A stretch of DNA of 64,000 bases from Eledone cirrhosa (lineage: Eukaryota): assembly GCA_964016885.1 (NCBI GenBank), contig OZ024740.1, forward strand, positions 310,744,001-310,808,000, read 5' to 3'. Positions 40,251 through 54,379 of the stretch are shown one piece after another. The translations under genes and the position numbers were made by a program. How positions within the stretch are numbered: position 1 is the first letter of the stretch; every line of letters starts with the position of its first letter. The notes under the pieces are model-generated. The model was given only the letters and a program-made list of their open reading frames with translations. It ran no database searches and was not told the DNA's origin.

Positions 40251-41782
40251 CAATACTATGATGTCTGAACAAAGTAAAGGAGAAGGCGATAAACCGACAC
40301 AGCATGAAATATATTAATATTCATTGATATAAAATATAAAAACATACTAATTTGTAGAATCATATACAGTATAGGGTAAGTATAAATATATTCAAAAGGT
40401 TCAGTACAATCGATGCTGGTCACATTCTGTTCTCAGGTTATTGTACATTTCAAATTTAGACTCTTTTTTCGTTAAATGTGTATGAATTTATACTTTGGCA
40501 TACGTGTTTATACTTAGTAAAATACCATATAATTTGTAATGCATCGACGTACGTTTTTCAAATGTCTCTTTTGTGTCGGTATGCTAATATATAAACATTG
40601 TCACAGTAAAATCAATATGCAAATCAGATTGATTTAGAAATGTTTTCTCTTTAGCTGAACACCCACGTCTTCTCAGCATGTAGGTTATGAGTTAGCATAC
40701 ATTGATGGTACTTTCAAATAAATCAAAAATAAAGTTCAAAGACACTGTCTTGCTTCTGACAACATTGCCGATTTACTTTAAGTTTAATGTCCCAGAAAAA
40801 TTATGTATATGTTGAATATGTAAATAACCTCAGGCATACTAAATATATGTGAGTGATTTTATGTAAAGTGGGACATACATCAGTTCATGTCGCTGAAGTG
40901 TTAGCTCTATAGCATGAAGAACGATGACTGATGAAGGAAATGTATGCATGCGCGTATGAAAATACGTGTAAATATGTGCGTAGGGTGTTTGTAGATGTGT
41001 GCATGTGAGTCGTATTTTGTTGGATTTTTAGTAGATATAATAGTTTCTCTTTTCGGGTGTGAGAAATTAAGAAACTCGAGGATGTAATTAGCTTAATTAT
41101 TATTTTATATTCATTAGCAGTATTAACTGAAAACAATTTGCTTATGTATTTGCTGAGAATAGTATGTTCGGTTCTGACTTGATTGGACGTTAGACGGTAC
41201 AGTCTTTAGCACGAAAGGAATATGACTTTTACTGTACGAGTGAAAGAAAACTGCATATTTAAATTATATTAGAGGGTTAATGCCTAGCAGTATTCACCCA
41301 ATATTTGTTTACATAATACTATTATATTTGTCAGTTCATTAGAATAACATAATTTCTAGTGCATTATAGGTGATAATGTATATGCCACTACCGAATTTAT
41401 GTTAAACGCACTCATCTAATCTCTGGCGTAACCTAAAATAAATTCTAAATATAGAAAATTTATGTTCAAAAGTATTCTAGCCGTGACTATCCCATTTTTT
41501 CTGATAATATATTTCACATACATTATCCAATATACACTTCCTGTTTTAAAAGACGTCAGCTCTATCCAACGCATAGACGCTCTCTATTTAGGTAGCGATG
41601 TGCAGTACAGAACGGCGGTAAACAATAAGCACATTCCATATAGTGACTTTAAGTTTGTACCCGTACCGACATGCAACAATTAAAATGTGTATCGACAACA
41701 AACCTTCTATGATCTCGACAAATTCTAATATCTGTGTATGGATGGCTATTTACTGATGCGAACAATCTTTATTATTAGTATT

Positions 41783-41901
41783 CAGAGTTCAAATCCCGCC
41801 GAGGTTAACTTTGTCTTTCATCCTTACGGAGTCGATAAAATAAAGTTCCAGTAATGTACTGGGTAATTGATGGCCTTGTGCCAAAAGTAGAAACAATTAT
41901 T
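41783..41901 (+). mobile_element. 5'-truncated SINE copy
   Basis: B-box GAGTTCAAATCCC, core and 3' end match the family. Confidence 0.8.
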
Positions 41902-43179
41902 AGCATTATCTTGTTTAAGTTTTGAACCTTCGTTCATCATCACGCCATCTCACAGGGCATTACAATTAATAACGATAAGAATATGCCTGCCTCGTTTCTC
42001 ATTATATACGCCAGGAATTAATATATTCGGTCTTTTATTATTTACTCCAAGTTAGAGTTTTTTCCGTTGGTATGGTAACAGAATCTCAATTCTGTCAAGA
42101 ATTAACACAAAATCTTTCGTTTGAACCACATCTGCTGATCTAATTTAAGAGAGACAGTGCTTATCAATTTTCCTATTTTCACTAATCTCTATTTTTTAAT
42201 ACGTAGATCGTTTATCGTTAAGTAATATTTCTGAACAGCTTTCGAAAAGTTAAAAAATTGCTAGAAACTCAAGTTGCTTCCTGGATATGAAAACAGTTTG
42301 TCACAATCTGAGATTCCAGTTTTAGTAACATTTAGTAACGTTTATTTATATTCGAAACCATAGGCTATGCTTTCATTTCCTTTCGTTTCTCATATATTTC
42401 AGTATATGCTTTCATTAGTGATATTCAGTTCTGAAACGGATATTTCCACCAATAAATAGTATCAATATATTTTCGGTGTATAAGTATTTGTATCTCTCAA
42501 ACATGTACTCTTTAGATGAATCTATGCCTTTCAATTCTTGAGCAATAGAGAAATATAATTATTTTAGTCAAAAGCTATAAAATCATTAGTATTTTTGTCT
42601 TCTTGTTGCCGTTGTTTAATCATGGACTACGTTTGTTTAAAGATGCAAACGATCAAAACATCCCAGCCATGATCACATTTTCAGACAATATCCCATTTCA
42701 GACAATATTCCATTTTCAGACAATATCCCCAGAGCTGCGTTAACTTATGTGTTCCTCCAATTATAATGTGGTTTGAGGAAAATGTTGCTATTTCTCTCAC
42801 AAGCGAACATAGGGAGGCTTTATTGTTTGGCTTGAGTTAATATATATATTCTGTAAATTAACGACCGTAGCTGGAAATAGCAGTCTTTCTAAATATATTA
42901 CGTATGACAAAATGACAAGCTTAAAAGCGTAAAAATGTGTTTGTGAATGTTGGTTACTCCATAAAAAAATGAAGCTGTTCTAGATTCGTCATAATAGACT
43001 AAATGGAAATAAAAGCCATAATTACTTTTAATTCATGTCAAAGCATCTAATACAATTACATCATGTTTGGAAGAATTATTTTGTTCCTTCAAAAAAAACA
43101 ATTAGTACTCATTAACCTTAACACCAACGGCATTTTGGTTGTTTGTAATGGCTAAAACATGTAAGTATTCTACTTGAAT

Positions 43180-45720
43180 AGTAGAGTTTCTATCTTCCAT
43201 CCAGATCTACAGTACCAGAGCCACAGAAATTTGTTGATGAAACCCCTACGATATCTAGCCAGAAATGACTGCATAGTTGGGAGTTGGGATACTCACAAGC
43301 CCGGCTGTGAGAATGTATTATGGACTGGATACCATCAGGCGGGGCGATTTGCCTCTTGAAGCTTAGGCTGAAAGATAGGTCTCAGCGGGTGGTGGTTCGA
43401 ATACAGGTCTTTCCTTGATGACTTCACTGCAGCGTTAGATATACGTAGCTATGATTAAGTCATATATCCTTGAGACACTTCAATGCATGTTGGCATTGTC
43501 TCTTTGACAGGGAAAGAATGATTTGAAAGAAAGGCGATCCCAATCTAAATACTAATGGAGAGGCCTTATCAGACTTCTATTCTAGCATTAGACTTTCTTT
43601 TATAAATACATTCTTCCAGCTCAGAAACATCCATGAATAGACTTGGTATTAGAGGAATCAGGGACAGGGATTAATAAGTGATTTTGTTATTGTCCGATCT
43701 GTTCTGTATGTTTCTGTTAAGAGAGGGGCTGAGCCGTCAAGTGATCACCATCTAATATCTGCCAATTCAGGCTAACTAAAGCCAGAGACGCCCATAGAAC
43801 TGGCAGGTCCAGGTAGACCTACTTGATTGGGAATTGTTCAGCTCAGCGGTTTTTGTTTCAGCTGGTAAATGGTGCGGGCAATAGAGGCTTGGTGTGGCGC
43901 TGGATAGCAGGAGAACCCATTGGTTGAATCAAGAAGTTAAAGATGTCAACCGAGGAAAGAAGGAAGCCAACAAAGCTTGGCTTGGAAATAGGTTCTCCTA
44001 TTTGCGTTACAATCAGACATTAATAATCGCAGCAGAGACAGCATAAACACCTAAAGATAAGACATGGGAGGCCGTTTGGCTTACGCTGGAATCCGACTTC
44101 AGATCGGCAAATAAAGTGTTCTGGCACACCATTCGAAGCCCTTTTCCACATTTGCTATCAGTAACGTCTCTGTGGTTATCCTCTCCTCAGAATGCTGCCT
44201 CCTCGTGAGGAGGAGAGAATACTTTGTTGATCTTCTAAACCTGATCATAACATCACCTTCTGATGTACACGAGATACATCTGGGAGTGATTACTAATCTC
44301 TCCGAGGCTGAGGTCACCTGAACAATTAAAGAGTTCAATGTGGCAAGGCTGCTGGGGAGAATGAAATTCGGCCAGAGATTTTAAATGCATTAAATTAACA
44401 AGGTATTCTTGTATGCCAGGTCGTCTGGATCTCTGGAAAGGCACCTAAGCAATGGCAATCGGGTGTGATAATCCCAATTTTCAAAAAGGGAGACAAAAGT
44501 GATTGCTCCAATTATAGAGGGAATTCCTTAATAAGCCTCCTTGGTAAAGTCTATGCTAAGTGTGAGGCAAAGAGATGCAGGGATATTGTTTCTACTTTTG
44601 GCACAAGGCCAGCAAATACCCAATGCATTACTGGTACTCTATGTTATCGAGCCCGTAAGGATGAAAGACGTAGAATCCAACCTAACTGATGAATAGCGAT
44701 CAAATATTCACACTGCAGCAGGTCTGAGAAATCGTGTAAGTACAGCCAAGAGGTGTATACTTACTTGGGGCCTACTGTGGATGGTTGAGCAGGAGTATGT
44801 GATCGATGGTCAGCTTATTGTTGCTCTGATTTCTCTATAGGAATGCCGTTATATTTGTGTTCTGATAAATGGTGCTAAATCGAAACCATTCAATGTGGGA
44901 GTCGGACTCTGCCAATGATGTGTAATGTCACTTCTCGTGTTCATTATTTTCATGAACACAATTGGCATGTGCAGCCTTACTTAACTCGACAGAGGGTGAT
45001 CTCCGCATTGCACTTGATAGGTTTGATGTCGAGTGCTGCATAGCTGGAATGAAAATTAGTGCTGCGAAAACTGAAACACACGTCCCTTCATAGACGCCTC
45101 CGCAGTGCACTCCCTATGTGAATGGAGTTCCACTGAATCAGAGGGAGAATTGAAGGTATCTTGCGGTCGCGTTCACGAGTGATGGAAGGCAGGAGGTTGA
45201 ATAATGCGCCAGCTTCAGCATTAGGTAATCAGAAAAAGGGAGGTAGATGTAAAAGCCAAACTCACTTTCTTCAATTCGGTATTCGTGCCAACCGTTACCT
45301 ATAGGCATAAATCTAGGGTGATGGCCGAAGGAATATGATCACGAATACAAGCGTCCAAAATGGGGTCATCTGATGGGTTTGGGAGTAACATTACTCCATA
45401 GAGTGCGTAGCTCAGAGAACAGAGAGTCGCTCCAGGTAAGGCCGCCGCTACTTCCCCGAATTGAAAGATCACAGATCCGAAACTAAGGGCATGTGTTTAG
45501 CATGTCTCAGGAGAGAACAGCTGGACAGATTTTTACGGGCAAAACTAAAACCAACCGGCTGGAAACTGATGGATAGACCCCGAGCAAGATGGTTGGATAA
45601 CATCCATGGGGTCGGCTGCTTTGGCTTGGGGATCCAACTAGATCAATTGGAAACGGTTGCTCCTGACAGGACCCACTTGAAGCAGTGTTTGGGGACTCTG
45701 CCTTCACGACGCTCTCAACA
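43180..45720 (+). mobile_element. Decayed RTE-clade LINE
   Basis: SDHHL (APE), IIPIFKKGDKSDCSNYRG.SL.SL.GKVY (RT), RPRARWLD C-terminus, (GAA)n tail. Confidence 0.75.
44586..44668 (-). mobile_element. Truncated SINE copy nested in the RTE LINE
   Basis: TTTCTACTTTTGGCACAAGGCCAGCAA...CCCGTAAGGATGAAAG interrupts the RT region. Confidence 0.75.
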
Positions 45721-45818
45721 AGAAGAAGAAGAAGAAGAAGAAGAAGAAGAAGAAGAAGAAGAAGAAGAAGAAGAAGAAGAAGAAGAAGAAGAAGAAGAAG
45801 AAGAAGAAGAAGAAGAAG
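45720..45818. repeat. (GAA)n microsatellite
   Basis: Direct reading. Confidence 0.98.
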
Positions 45819-48760
45819 ATACACGGTCTCAAATTCAGCCATTTGCCAAGCAAGTGCAATTCTCCTAAAGCAGTTAGTGTTACTCCTCAGTATACCCGAG
45901 CTTTAATTTCTCATATAATTTCTATTAAATAGCACTGTTGAAAAATAACTTTCAGGTACGTACATGTGATGGCTTTAGAAAATTCAAGTGAGTGTGAGAA
46001 GCTGCAGATTAAAATCAATGCAGATCCTTTAAAAGATGCGAAGTTTCATAACCAATATCGTTTTGAATCAATAATAATTCATACAAACGTAATTTATATT
46101 TATACTTCATGCAAGTATTTTTCATATTGATTACAAACATTTCAGTCAGTCATTATTCTAAATAAATATATAATTCATTACTTATTTTGATCATATATAT
46201 ATTTTAATCCAATTTGAAATATATTTCAGATGTAATTAGAAATATGATGTAAAGCAATGCAATCAGTCCACACATTCGTTCCAATTCATAAAAAGCGACC
46301 GTCATATATTTACATATAATGTATATTTACATTAGTTTCAATGATGCCTGTATTGTCTTGCTAACACTATTTGTGAGGGAGGAGTCAATATATCACATTT
46401 CAAAACATATTTTCTTTTTATGACATTGGAAGGCAATTTAAACCAGACATTATAAACATAATTTCCATACTGACTAAAAGCATACTGTGTTTCAATTTGA
46501 TGTCCATTTAAGTGTCTGATCATTTCCTCATACTTGACAACACAATGTGCAATCATTGTGAGAAGTCATTTAAACCCCCTACGGGAATATCGGTGATTTA
46601 AATTCGCTTACACTTTCAAAATAATGTAAATTAACTATATCATCATCACTCTGTAAATTCTATATATTTAAAATATCACCATATTTCAATATATTTCCAA
46701 ATGTAATGATATTTCTATGTTTTTATATATCTTCATACTTCAATTATCTCATTTTTATTTGTGACTAAATTGTAAATGTAAACGAAAAGATTATGCTTTT
46801 GTCTTTCTGCTTGCGAGGATACTATTGTAAGTGAAATTATCAAGGTGAGCTGAAGTCACAACTTGGTTTTTATGGCGAGCTGGAACCACTAACTGCTTCG
46901 AGCTTGGATTTTGCTCTAGCTTTGTAACATCATGTATATGTGGAATTCTATCGTGTCGAAATATACCAATTGCACTCAATGTTACATTGATCACGTATTT
47001 CTATACAAAATCTGTTGATTTATATTATATTTCATAATAAACAAACGAATATTATCGCTATTGTACTTACTAAACTTACGTATGGTTTATTACATGTTTA
47101 AGCTTTCAGAGAGACAACAAATATATACTTTGAAAAATAAAGATTCAAATTATTCTAGGGTAGAAATACAATCATATAAAAGGTGTTAAATAGCATTCTC
47201 TATTTGTTTATCCGAAATACTCCGATAGCTAGACTACTGCCGCTAGCATGTCTAACAAAAGTCAAGTTGTACATTAGAAATATTTATACTTAAGAATCAT
47301 GTTACATTGGTATTTGCTTCTTTTCTCTGATAGCCACGGAAAAAAGCTAATCTTGAAAGAATAGTACTATTCAATACATAGCAACTATTTTCGGTTTTGA
47401 AACATCTATCCGTGCTATACAATTACAAAAGATAAAATTCAATTTGAAAGATTTATTTGTATGCATGTTTTTATTAATAGAACTCTAGCTTGTTTTTTTT
47501 AAAACAGTTAGGGTATTTACATTTTGGGTATTTCTATCATATTTTCTTTATATTAACCCGTATACAATATTATCTTACGAATAATAAAGATACATTTATT
47601 CTTGGTGCGAATATTTAAGCGCTAAAGATATCACAACTACACCATCAGCCAGGGTAAGAGGGGTGGGTGCATTACAGTACCGTTCCAGATCGGCAGCCTT
47701 AAACTGAATTACGCTTCGATGCTGACGTATAGAAGACAATATTTTCTTATTGGATTTGGTAAACAAAACACGCAGTGAATGTCTATTTACATTTAATGAA
47801 GTCTTGATACACATGACTAAGAATAAAGGTGCAGATGAGTCCATATACAATATGATCAGTTATTAAATATATATTTGTAGTCAAACTTTGACGTTTTATG
47901 GCATGAACATGTCAGAGCTACTCCAACCTGATTCAGAATGTTTATTATATACAGCCGTCATCAAATCAACAACAGTTGTCGATGTTCTTCCTTTCATTGA
48001 TACCATAAATATCCCTGTCACAAGATTGGCAACGTGAAACTCAAAGCAATGTTTTGTGAACCATTTTGACCTCAATACAATCCACTATTTACTTTTATAC
48101 TGAGTACTATTCTCTCAGTCTTTTCAGCACCGATAGGACGACACACTAATAGAGCTTAGAAGGCCAAAGCTAAACAGAAAAAAAATGAATGGAATAACAA
48201 CAACACCCAAACAATACTGACTTAAGAGAAATATAAATAAATAAATAAATATATATACAAGAACAATAACAACAAACACATATGAACACACGCTAGTAAA
48301 CTAAGATAGAATACAATAACCAAAACACAATCATCCAAACGCGAACACACACCAAATACTATACACACACGCAAACGCATGCGCAGAGAAGAAGACAAAA
48401 ATAAATAAACAGATAAAATAAAAATGGTGTAGATACACAATACAACAGGAGGAACATAATAGCACCACTGATGATGTTGCAGAAGTGCAACGAAAGAACT
48501 TTGTTAGACTATATATATGTGTTTATACCTATATTATATCTGTATTTTTTACCGTTGGTCAGTCAATGGTAAACATTGAGGACCCACTGTAGAGATATAA
48601 AAGATACAGAAGCGAAAACAGTGAGTGTGGTCTGTTATTATTTCTGGCAATATTATTACAACAATATGCCCCTCCCCAATTATAACAATATTTGTTTCGA
48701 CCCATGATTTCATATCAAAAACCTCGCAAAACAAATTCATCGCCGTTATATATATATATA

Positions 48761-48903
48761 TAGGAAAAGAGTCAGGACCCCGACGGCTGAGCTCCGGCCG
48801 TTTCGACAGCTAGTTATTTTCCTATTATCCACTCTACTACGCTAAGTATTGAGTACTTTGGTACATTATGGTCCACCTGATATCTTACCATTCCCTCTTT
48901 GTT
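48761..48903 (+). mobile_element. Family A mini element
   Basis: Inverted HHR 3' half plus full family A tail; (TA)n flanks. Confidence 0.78.
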
Positions 48904-48928
48904 ATATATATATATATATATAAAATAC

Positions 48929-49038
48929 TGAGGTAATTATATTGTATTGTTTTTTATACATTAAATTTTGCTCTGGTACTTACATAGAGCACTCTTCACT
49001 CCTATGACTTTTTCTGTTTTCAACGGAAACTTCAATAC
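48929..49038 (+). mobile_element. Solo tail of the Naiad PLE family
   Basis: Reverse complement of 25319-25428; begins at the predicted HHR cleavage site. Confidence 0.8.
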
Positions 49039-49100
<62 letters not shown>

Positions 49101-50910
49101 TGCACTAACGCAGAGAATAGCTGCAATTACAGTTTCTATAAAATAACTTATAAAAGTCGAATAAAGACACTTAAAGACGGAAAGGTGTTCCAGCAGCTAC
49201 CTCGAAGAATCGAATTCCATATCTCCTAGATAGCGACACGGTACTCTCACTATTGAGTTAAGGAGCCTCTGACAACATCTAACAGTCTAAATTAAGGAGC
49301 TGAATCAAATAGCTTTTGAAAATATAAACAAACGTCGTGTGTAAAGCTCGACTTTTCGAACTTACGAAGGGCTGAGGAAATACATTTATAATATGTACGA
49401 TGCTTAAGAGCAGAACATAACTCCAAGTACAGTCAGTTGCTATACAGTAGCTTATAAAAGTCGGGTAAAGACCCTTAGCGACGGGAAAATGTTGCCGCTA
49501 CAAAACAAATCTACTCCGTATCTCCCAAATACCAACTGGATGTTCTCAACATTGAGTTAAGTGACCTCTGACAATATCTTGCCGTTTAACTTAATTTATT
49601 CAACTGTTAAAATGCTCTCTTCTATTTAACTATTACTTCTTCTAAGAGAATATTTACTTGTTTACTGATATTGGATTCGTATTTAGATGTTAGAACTGCT
49701 TATTTTTTCCAAAAGAAATTTTGTTGTTAATTACTTTTCACATCTGTAGGGAATGGTCATTTTACCAAAACAAATATATAAACATATATATAAGACTTGT
49801 TTGTTTATATATCATTATTTGGATTTTTTTGGCTTGTAAGATGATCGACAGTCAGGCCTAATAAATAAATATTAGAGATTGTTTACTTCGTGAAATTAGC
49901 GTGTTTTTCACAACAGAATTTGAAAGCAAAGACTGACTTATTTGAAAAAGAAATTATCGCACAAATTTTTGATTTGTTTTTAAAGTAACTTACTAAATAT
50001 AAATAAACTAATGACCTCTCAATTAAACTTTAATTTTTCTTTCTTCTACACGTTTTTGAACCCCTCCCCCCATATATGTTTGTGTATAATAAAGACACAT
50101 TAATGAACTGTATTATTTATACACTGTGATCGTTTCACAACTAAGATAGCATCGAATTAGGAGCAACCGGTGTATTTCACTGCCGTTGCTTTTCACTAGT
50201 TTTCGATTAATTACGCCCAATATGTTAAGTATGTACAACAATATTTCTAAATTGTGTAAACAAACTATTCTTTGGTAAACCTTACTTACAAATAGTGCAA
50301 ACTTGACCGGTTATTATTCAGTAGCTATAGCACCATCACAGCATACTTCAACATATAAGTGTTTATGAACCCGTATATAATGTTAACGTTTTTCTATGGA
50401 GTTTTTCTAGGCGGAGTATTTTGGTATATCAGTATCTAGGCGTAGCAAAACTAGTTCTAATGACTTGAAGCAACAATCACAGGCATCTGCCGCGCTGCTC
50501 AAGTAAAGGTCATATCATCACATTTTACAACTACAATCATGATAGCAGCCTTAGTTTCACAAACACAACCACTTCGGAATTTCGAAGTCACTCTCAGGTT
50601 TTCCAATATAAAATTATATATATACAGATATTTGTTAGTGTAGTTGCTTGGATGCGTCCATAGGCGGTATGCCGGTTGAGCACTCCATGATCCTTCGGAG
50701 CAGAGTATAATAATATGGAAAACGAAGAATCAGTGATGCATCGGAACACAATTTATTACGTATTACAATAGTTTCTCCGGCGAACAGCTCGAGGTGCGAT
50801 ATGTTTGTGGATCGAACCTGACTCTGAATTCGCAAGTTCCACAGATACGTCTAGTGACATATCGCACCTCGAGCCGTTCTCTGGAGAAACAATTGTAATA
50901 CGTAATAAAT

Positions 50911-53900
50911 GGGTTTATTGTGTTGTATCAGATGAAAGAATTAACGTAAGTATCAGATGAAAGAATGGTATTTAACTAATGTATTGGTACGCGATGGGGC
51001 CCACCCACAGCCCCGGCGGACAGAATGGTGAAGGCGTTTCCTTTCCCCGGAGGACGGCAAGGGAGACGCGCTGGAAAAGCCACTCCAACTCGAGGAGCTC
51101 ACACCTGTGGCTGGCCAGCTCAGCGCCTATGGTGGTGAGTAAGGAGGTAGCCCTGGGGCCGAGAAAACCAGAAGTTTCCACTACCAGAGGGATGATCGCA
51201 AACCTGTCGGAGAGCGACCGGTATTTGAGGAGTTTGGCCCCTCAGCCCGACGTGCAGCAGAACCTGGGTCAGTCGCAGACTGCACCAGGTTGCGACTGCA
51301 GAAAGTGTCGGTGCAAGTGGCATCCCAGACGAGGGGTTTGACACCGCGGAACGGGAAGATGGTCATGCCATCTGGCCTTTTGCCGTTCCCTCGATACAGC
51401 TCTACCGGCTGGAGCTGGGAAGGGAAGCCTGCAGCGTCGAAGCCATGCTTAATGACTTCGTTGAGGGCAGTATAGCGTGGAATGCGGCCGGCACTGTGGC
51501 GACAGGAAAGCGGGTGGAGGCCGAAAGAGTCCACGGTGAAACCGCAGCAACATTGGTGTGGCTGGCAGATCCGGAGGCCGAGCCTCAGGGAAACGCCGAT
51601 TCGCAGGCTATGTTTGTCTACCTGCGTGCCAGTGGAGGAGGGCAGAGCATGGAGCCAGGCACCACTTTGGGGTTTGGAGGCCGCACGAAAACAAGCAAGG
51701 CGGTGCTGGTCGAGCTGGCGCGTGAGCCTGTCTGAGGCCTGGCTGCACTGGATGGCATCCCAAGTGCGTTGGAGGGGGGGCTTGACGTCAACAGGGGGAG
51801 AAGGAGGAGGGACGTCTACTCGGCTAAGTCCCAGCCGGTCCCACGTCTCACAGGCGGCCTCACGGTCTCTGAACACAGAGGGTTCTGTTGTGTTTTGAAG
51901 AACCCTGCTGACGAGGACGCGGCACGAGGTTACCGACGAAAGATACGCCGGCGGCAAAGCTAGTGAGATTGGGGACCGGAGGGCTAGGCCGCCATACCTG
52001 ACCGGTAAAGTGGCCTGTTGCCACCCTATGTCGTCAAACTTGACGTTGCATATCTCCTCGGCTGCTGCTCGGATACAAGTATCGAGGTCAGCTAGGAGAG
52101 ATGTCTGGGTGTAGCATGGAGCGCTGCGGAGTGTATAGAGGAGCTTCGGCATGGCGAAGCAGTTCCTCAGCAGAAAGAGAGCTGGGTGGCCGTCAATCAA
52201 GCCCAGTCGTCTCGTGAAAGTCTGGAGCTTTTGAAGCCTGGACCTGATGGTGGAGCGGATTGCCGGCGGGTGGATCGGTGACACGAGGATGAGGACATCC
52301 TCTTTGGGGGTCACCTGAACCTGGCGGAGAATGGACCGCACATCCAAGGCGGAGGCTGCAAAGCTCGCAGCATCGAGACTGACTTTCACCACCTCCGACT
52401 TGGCCGAGTTGACCTGGAGGCCGATTCCCGCCAGGGCAGGAATCACCGATTGAAGGTCTTGGCAGACCCTCCGTACGGGCCCGCCCTACGTAGCATCATC
52501 CAGATACCAAACGTTGAGAGGGGCCGTGATACTCCGGGAGATGTGGTCAATACCAAGGGCGAACAGGAGGGGTCCCAAAGGGTCGCCCTGTTTGACACCA
52601 GTAGCCGAGGATATGACCGTATCAGCAGCTAGGAGCATGCTTGGGGCTCCATATGACAGATAGGCCAGCGGGTAGGCAGAGGGGGCTCGGCTGAGGCAAG
52701 CCTCGAGCAGATGATCCCGGAGTAAAGAGTTAAAGGCATTCCTCATGTCAACCTTGACAATGAGGTGCCTGGAGTCCCTGGATGCCGGTACCGATGGGCA
52801 GCTGTTGAAGAACTGCCTGATTGCATGAGAGGATCCCTCACAGCCACTGGACACGCCGACACCCAGTTGCACCGGACTAAACTCCTCACCCAGTTCGTGT
52901 GTGATGGACTTGCAGATCACCTTGGCAGTCAGCCTCCGGAAGACATTGCCCACAGCAATGGGGGCGTATGCCACCCTCTTTCTTCCTGAGAGCGGTGAGG
53001 CTGGCCGAAAAAAAAGGCCTCGGGCGTAAGGGTCGAGGGCACCATGAATGAGCCTATTGGTGAGCGCCACAATTGCACTCAGAAGGCGGCGCCCGGCCTC
53101 AGCGGAGAGGGGGGATGTCAACTCCTTGAGGTGGCCTGGTCGGAGACCATCAACACCTCCGCAGCTGCTAGCTGGGGAGGACCTGATGGCGGACATGATA
53201 TCTGCATCAGTAGCCACAAGGATCAGGTGGGGTTCGGGTGGGGGTATGGGTCTGAGATCAGTGGCTCAGGGTGTTTGAGCCGCAGAGCGGCCAGGTTCTA
53301 CTCGGTGGGTTGGAGGACAGTGCCCTCTGAGGCAACAACTCTGACTGCGGCCGAGACTTCACCCATGATAAGCTTTGCGTTTACCTGGTCACGCAAACGC
53401 TTGGCGCTGGCCTCGGGGATTGAGGATATGGGGTACCTGAGGGTGGGGGGGGCGTGCCTGGGCACGCTTGGAATGCGCGCTCGCCCAAATGACGAGACAT
53501 TGGCCTTGACGAAGGCTGCTGTTGACCGGCCGCCCCGGTCGGCGCCAGAGCTGTGGAGGCCGAGAGGAAGTGGGGCGAAATAGAACAGCCGCTCCCAGTC
53601 ACTGGCTCGATTGGAGTCCAGGGCGCTCTCAATGAAGGAGGCGAGGGCATCGGCTACGGGCACCCGTGCCGCTCTCGGGATCCTGAGTGGGATCTTCCGA
53701 AGCCGCCTGAGCCGAGCGATGTTGACCAGCGAGGCTCGGGCGTCAGGCAAGCTCGCTGTCCCATCTGGTGGTGTGCCAGACGGCCGTGGCTGGGAAGACG
53801 TGGGGAAGAGGCAGCTCCTGCACCTCCACGCTGCGAGGGCATTAGAAGCTCGACGAGTCAAGCCAACGCAGGTGAGATGGTGGAAGCAACCGCACCCCAA

Positions 53901-54270
53901 ACAGTTCCGGCCCCTCTTCCGTTTGTTAGTGGTGCTGCAAGTGCTGCAGGTGTCGATTTGGAGGCGTGGGGGATGGGGCGTGGTGCGGGGGACTGGGGCA
54001 CCGAGCGGCATCAGGGGTGGGTGGCTGGTGTGTGTGGGTGGAAGGGAAAGTGCTGGTAAGAGGGCAGCATAGCTCACCTTTATATATGGAGGTGCCAGAA
54101 AACGAGAACGAAAAGGGGGTGCATGGAGGGGGAGACATAGGAAGGTAGAATGGCAGTAAATGAATGAGTGAATGGATGGATATACACAAAAAAAGGGAGG
54201 GGGAACTAGGGTTGTTCCCAGCGGAAAGACCCAGAGTTCAGCACGCACACATGCGAGCAACTGAGCAGTT
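50911..54270 (-). mobile_element. CRE-clade (RLE) non-LTR retrotransposon, near full length, frameshifted
   Basis: PHD-like finger; RT motifs GVDGLRPGHL, PIAVGNVFRRL, VDMRNAFNS, GVKQGDPLGPLLF, WYLDD; C-terminal CCC..H..SC..R and RPDG..VWD RLE motifs; TAAAT duplicated at 50906-50910 and 54271-54275. Confidence 0.9.
51000..54011 (-). pseudogene. CRE polyprotein (PHD - RT - zinc knuckle - restriction-like endonuclease)
   Basis: ORF pieces 53298-54260, 52486-53217, 51181-52446 and 50972-51181 form one colinear protein. Confidence 0.88.
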
Positions 54271-54309
54271 TAAATTGTGTTCCGATGCATCACTGATTCT
54301 TCGTTTTCC

Positions 54310-54379
<70 letters not shown>

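Larger units (their letters stand above)
50635..54316 (-). mobile_element. Family B fold-back element, right arm split by the CRE insertion
   Basis: Tail 50635-50707; arm 50708-50803; mirror arm 50858-50910 + 54271-54316; degenerate HHR 50757-50850 on minus (ACGTAT CTGTGGA...GAAACTATTGTA^ATACGT). Confidence 0.78.

Noticed and set aside
46790-47850. Possible host exons
   Set aside because: Slightly higher GC and one donor-like GGTAAG, but no recognisable protein or coherent splice pattern; needs RNA-seq.
48465-48510. HHR-like CTGATGA-GTTGC/GCAAC-GAAA
   Set aside because: No stem I pairing and an extra base after the core; at most a decayed relic.
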